From: Tissierellia bacterium
GTDB lineage: Bacteria > Bacillota > Clostridia > Tissierellales > Peptoniphilaceae
Assembly (NCBI GenBank): GCA_030528125.1
Contig: JAUMZM010000002.1
Span: 5,293 to 69,292, forward strand
DNA length: 64,000 nt
Reading direction: 5' to 3'
The notes under the pieces are model-generated. The model had not been told where the DNA came from. It saw nothing but the letters and a program-made list of their open reading frames with translations, and did not search any database. Made by a program: the position numbers and the translations under genes. Positions 61,230-64,000 of the stretch are shown here, piece by piece (position 1 is the first letter of the stretch; every line of letters begins with the position of its first letter).

Positions 61230-62303
61230 ATGAGAAAAATTTTTCGACTAATCCTTACAATTATAGGAGCATTCCTAGGGTTAGGGGTAGTTTTGATAAT
61301 CTTTACGTTTACTAAGAATAGTATAAGCGAGGAAATCAGTCCCTTATTGTTTTATGTAATAGGAGCAGTGATAGGAACAATAGTTATGTTCCTAGTCTCT
61401 GGAAAAATTACCGATAAAATTATAAAACAAATAGACAAAACTGAGAAGCATTTTGAGAAAGTACCGGCAAATGAGATGGTTACTGGAATGGTCGGTCTTA
61501 TTTTGGGATTGTTACTTGCTTTTTTGATTAGTAGACCAATTAGCGATTTGAGTATTCCAGTTCTTGGCAACTCAATTTTTGTGCTATTATCAGTTATTTT
61601 ATATCTAGGCCTTGGAGCACTAGGACGTCAAATCGCTATAAAAAACAAGGATGATTTAATCCAAGTTTTCCAAAAAAATGAAAAAAGACAAAGAAAAGTA
61701 TTTAATATCAAAGATGCCAGTGCAAAGATTTTGGATACATCGGTTATAATTGATGGAAGAATTCTTGATGTAATAGATACAGGATTTATTGAAGGAACTC
61801 TTATTGTACCTGAATTTGTGCTTGAAGAATTGCAGCATATTGCAGATAGTGCAGATGATTTAAAAAGGCAAAGGGGAAGAAGAGGACTTGATATAATGAA
61901 TAAAATCAAAGAAAGCAAAGATATCAATGTTGAAATAACAGATATAGACTTTCCAAAGATCAAAGAAGTAGATAGCAAACTATTGAAATTAGCTTCACAA
62001 ACAGGAGCTAAAGTTTTTACAAATGACTATAATTTAAATAAAGTTGCAGATGTACAAGATATAGAAGTTTTAAATATTAATGATCTTACAAATTCACTAA
62101 AACCTGTAGTAATTCCAGGTGAATTTATGAGAGTAGAAGTGATAAAAGAAGGTAAAGGGAAAAACCAAGGAATTGGATATCTTGATGATGGTACAATGAT
62201 AGTTGTAGAAAATGGCAAGAAATACATAGGAAAAACCATAAATACAACAGTAACTTCAGTTCTTCAAACTTCAGCAGGTAAGATGATATTTGTAAAGCCT
62301 TAG
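61230..62303 (+). CDS. yacL: PIN/TRAM domain protein (YacL-like)
   Basis: N-terminal TM segments, a PIN core (ILDTSVIIDGR) and a C-terminal TRAM domain. The ATG at 61230 follows AAAGGAG. Confidence 0.85.
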   Translation: MRKIFRLILTIIGAFLGLGVVLIIFTFTKNSISEEISPLLFYVIGAVIGTIVMFLVSGKITDKIIKQIDKTEKHFEKVPANEMVTGMVGLILGLLLAFLISRPISDLSIPVLGNSIFVLLSVILYLGLGALGRQIAIKNKDDLIQVFQKNEKRQRKVFNIKDASAKILDTSVIIDGRILDVIDTGFIEGTLIVPEFVLEELQHIADSADDLKRQRGRRGLDIMNKIKESKDINVEITDIDFPKIKEVDSKLLKLASQTGAKVFTNDYNLNKVADVQDIEVLNINDLTNSLKPVVIPGEFMRVEVIKEGKGKNQGIGYLDDGTMIVVENGKKYIGKTINTTVTSVLQTSAGKMIFVKP

Positions 62304-62310
62304 GAGTTAT

Positions 62311-63009
62311 ATGTTAGATAATAGATATATTACAGCAATAATCACAGCTGCAGGAAATGGCAGTAGAATGAATTCTAAAATCAATAAGCCATTTATAAAT
62401 ATTTGTGGGAAAATGATTATAGAAATGACCTTGGATAAAATAGATCAAGTAGAAGAGATTGATGATATAATCTTAGTTATAAGGAAAAAAGACGAAGACA
62501 ATCTAAAAAATATAATAAAAAACTACAAAAAGCCTATAAAACTTGTATACGGTGGCAAAACACGTGAAAGATCTACTTTCAATGGACTTTTTGCATTAGA
62601 TGATAGATGTGATATAGTTCTAACTCATGATGGAGTAAGGCCATTTGTAGAGATTGATACGATAAAAAAAGCAATATATGAGCTTAGAAAATACAAAGCA
62701 GCCATAGTTGGAGTAAATTCTAAGGATACTGTAAAAATAGTAAAAGACGATATGACAGTAAACTACACTCCAACAAGAAAGCATGTCTATAATATTCAAA
62801 CACCTCAAGTTTTTGAAAAAGATACTTTATTGAAATTATACAAAAGATATATTGAAGAAGATGTAACAATTACAGATGATTCATCACTTTTTGAGATGTT
62901 TCAAGTATTTGATGTTCCAGTAAAAGTAGTAGATGGTAAGTATTCAAATATAAAAATTACAACAGTTGAAGATGTATATTTTGGGAAATTATTATTGGAG
63001 AATTTATGA
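62311..63009 (+). CDS. ispD: 2-C-methyl-D-erythritol 4-phosphate cytidylyltransferase
   Basis: [12 protein letters not shown] and THDGVRPF motifs. Confidence 0.9.
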   Translation: MLDNRYITAIITAAGNGSRMNSKINKPFINICGKMIIEMTLDKIDQVEEIDDIILVIRKKDEDNLKNIIKNYKKPIKLVYGGKTRERSTFNGLFALDDRCDIVLTHDGVRPFVEIDTIKKAIYELRKYKAAIVGVNSKDTVKIVKDDMTVNYTPTRKHVYNIQTPQVFEKDTLLKLYKRYIEEDVTITDDSSLFEMFQVFDVPVKVVDGKYSNIKITTVEDVYFGKLLLENL

Positions 63010-63482
63010 GAGTAGGATTAGGATATGATGTACACAGATTAGTTGAAGGAAGAGATTTGATTCTTGGAGGAGTTAAATTTGATTATGACAAAGGATTACT
63101 AGGACACTCTGATGCAGATGTATTAACGCATGCAATAATGGACTCACTTCTTGGAGCTATGAATAAAGGAGATATAGGCCAATTATTTCCAGATACTGAT
63201 ATGAAGTATAAAGATATAAGCTCTATGATACTACTTGATAATGTAGTTGAATTGTTGCATGATGAATGTTATGATATAATAAATGTCGACACAGTGTTAA
63301 TCTGTGAAAGGCCCAAAATTGCACCAATGAGGCTAGAAATAATAAAAAAATTATCTAAGCATTTGCAAATAGATCCAAAAGATATCTCTGTAAAAGCATC
63401 AACATCAGAAAAATTAGGATTTTATGGAAGAGAAGAAGGAATTGAAGCTAGAAGCATTTGCTTAATAGAAAAGAAGAGGTAG
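63006..63482 (+). CDS. ispF: 2-C-methyl-D-erythritol 2,4-cyclodiphosphate synthase
   Basis: [12 protein letters not shown] and [11 protein letters not shown] motifs. Confidence 0.95.
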   Translation: MRVGLGYDVHRLVEGRDLILGGVKFDYDKGLLGHSDADVLTHAIMDSLLGAMNKGDIGQLFPDTDMKYKDISSMILLDNVVELLHDECYDIINVDTVLICERPKIAPMRLEIIKKLSKHLQIDPKDISVKASTSEKLGFYGREEGIEARSICLIEKKR

Positions 63483-63484
63483 AA

Positions 63485-64000
63485 ATGAGAAAGTTATTTA
63501 CATCAGAGTCAGTTACAGAAGGACATCCTGATAAAGTATGTGATCAAATTTCAGATAGCATACTAGATCATCTTTTAGAACAAGATCCTGACTCAAGAGT
63601 AGCTTGTGAAACAGTTACAACAACAGGACTTGTACTTGTTGTAGGAGAAATATCAACAAAAGGTTATGTAAGCATTGAAGACATTGCAAGAGAGACAATC
63701 AAAGAAATAGGATATGATGATCCAACACTTGGATTTGATTATCAAAATGTTGCAGTTTTAACTTCAATAATAGAGCAATCACCAGATATAGCTCTTGGAG
63801 TAGATAATGCTCAAGAGTATGAATCATCAGAAGATAAATACGATAAGATAGGTGCCGGAGACCAAGGAATGGTATTTGGTTATGCATCAGATGAGACAAA
63901 AGAAATGCTACCTATATCAGTAGTTTATGCTCAAAAACTTTCAAGAAGACTTGCAGATGTTAGAAAAGATGGAACATTAAGCTGGCTAAGACCAGATGGA
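63485..64000 (+). CDS. metK: S-adenosylmethionine synthetase, 5' part (runs off window)
   Basis: [21 protein letters not shown] and [12 protein letters not shown] motifs. Absent from the ORF track because the frame is open at the window edge. Confidence 0.95.
   Translation, partial: MRKLFTSESVTEGHPDKVCDQISDSILDHLLEQDPDSRVACETVTTTGLVLVVGEISTKGYVSIEDIARETIKEIGYDDPTLGFDYQNVAVLTSIIEQSPDIALGVDNAQEYESSEDKYDKIGAGDQGMVFGYASDETKEMLPISVVYAQKLSRRLADVRKDGTLSWLRPDG

Overview
The window is an AT-rich, low-GC Firmicute (Clostridia/Tissierellia-like) chromosomal segment. It is densely coded and mostly housekeeping. I found no rRNA, tRNA, CRISPR array, transposase or integrase.

Gene content, left to right:
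- A dipeptidase, then a five-gene ABC/lipoprotein operon next to a decayed lipoprotein gene.
- Scattered metabolism and transport genes: epimerase, MATE, SDR, pncB, trmH, HAD, sdaAB/AA, an orphan PTS EIIB, GT4, malic enzyme and an APC permease.
- A decayed ABC-2 system behind an unassigned structured leader.
- A complete de novo purine regulon in two units, purC-purL-purB and guaB | purE-F-M-N-D-H. The second unit sits behind a ykkC-like, probably PRPP-type, riboswitch.
- The class III heat-shock block ctsR-mcsA-mcsB-clpC, then gshA-like and radA.
- About 15.7 kb holding a formate / tungsten / molybdopterin module: focA, nuoE/F-like genes, an Fe-S paralog, selenocysteine fdhA with SECIS, a ferritin-like gene, mobA, fdhD, two moeA, tupABC, a miniature AOR-like gene, and thiT with a TPP riboswitch.
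- dagK, carD, yacL, ispD, ispF and the 5' part of metK.

I see no convincing wholly new multi-gene system. The observations most worth a second look are:
- Two genes in the W/formate module are each broken at a 7-nt homopolymer that is also a perfect -1 slippery heptamer.
- The AOR-like gene is much smaller than a normal AOR.
- PurF lacks its Cys1 nucleophile and other glutaminase motifs.
- McsB has a degenerate phosphotransferase signature.
- Two leader regions have promoter/hairpin/terminator architecture but match no RNA class I recognise.

All functional calls come from by-eye motif recognition and need database confirmation.
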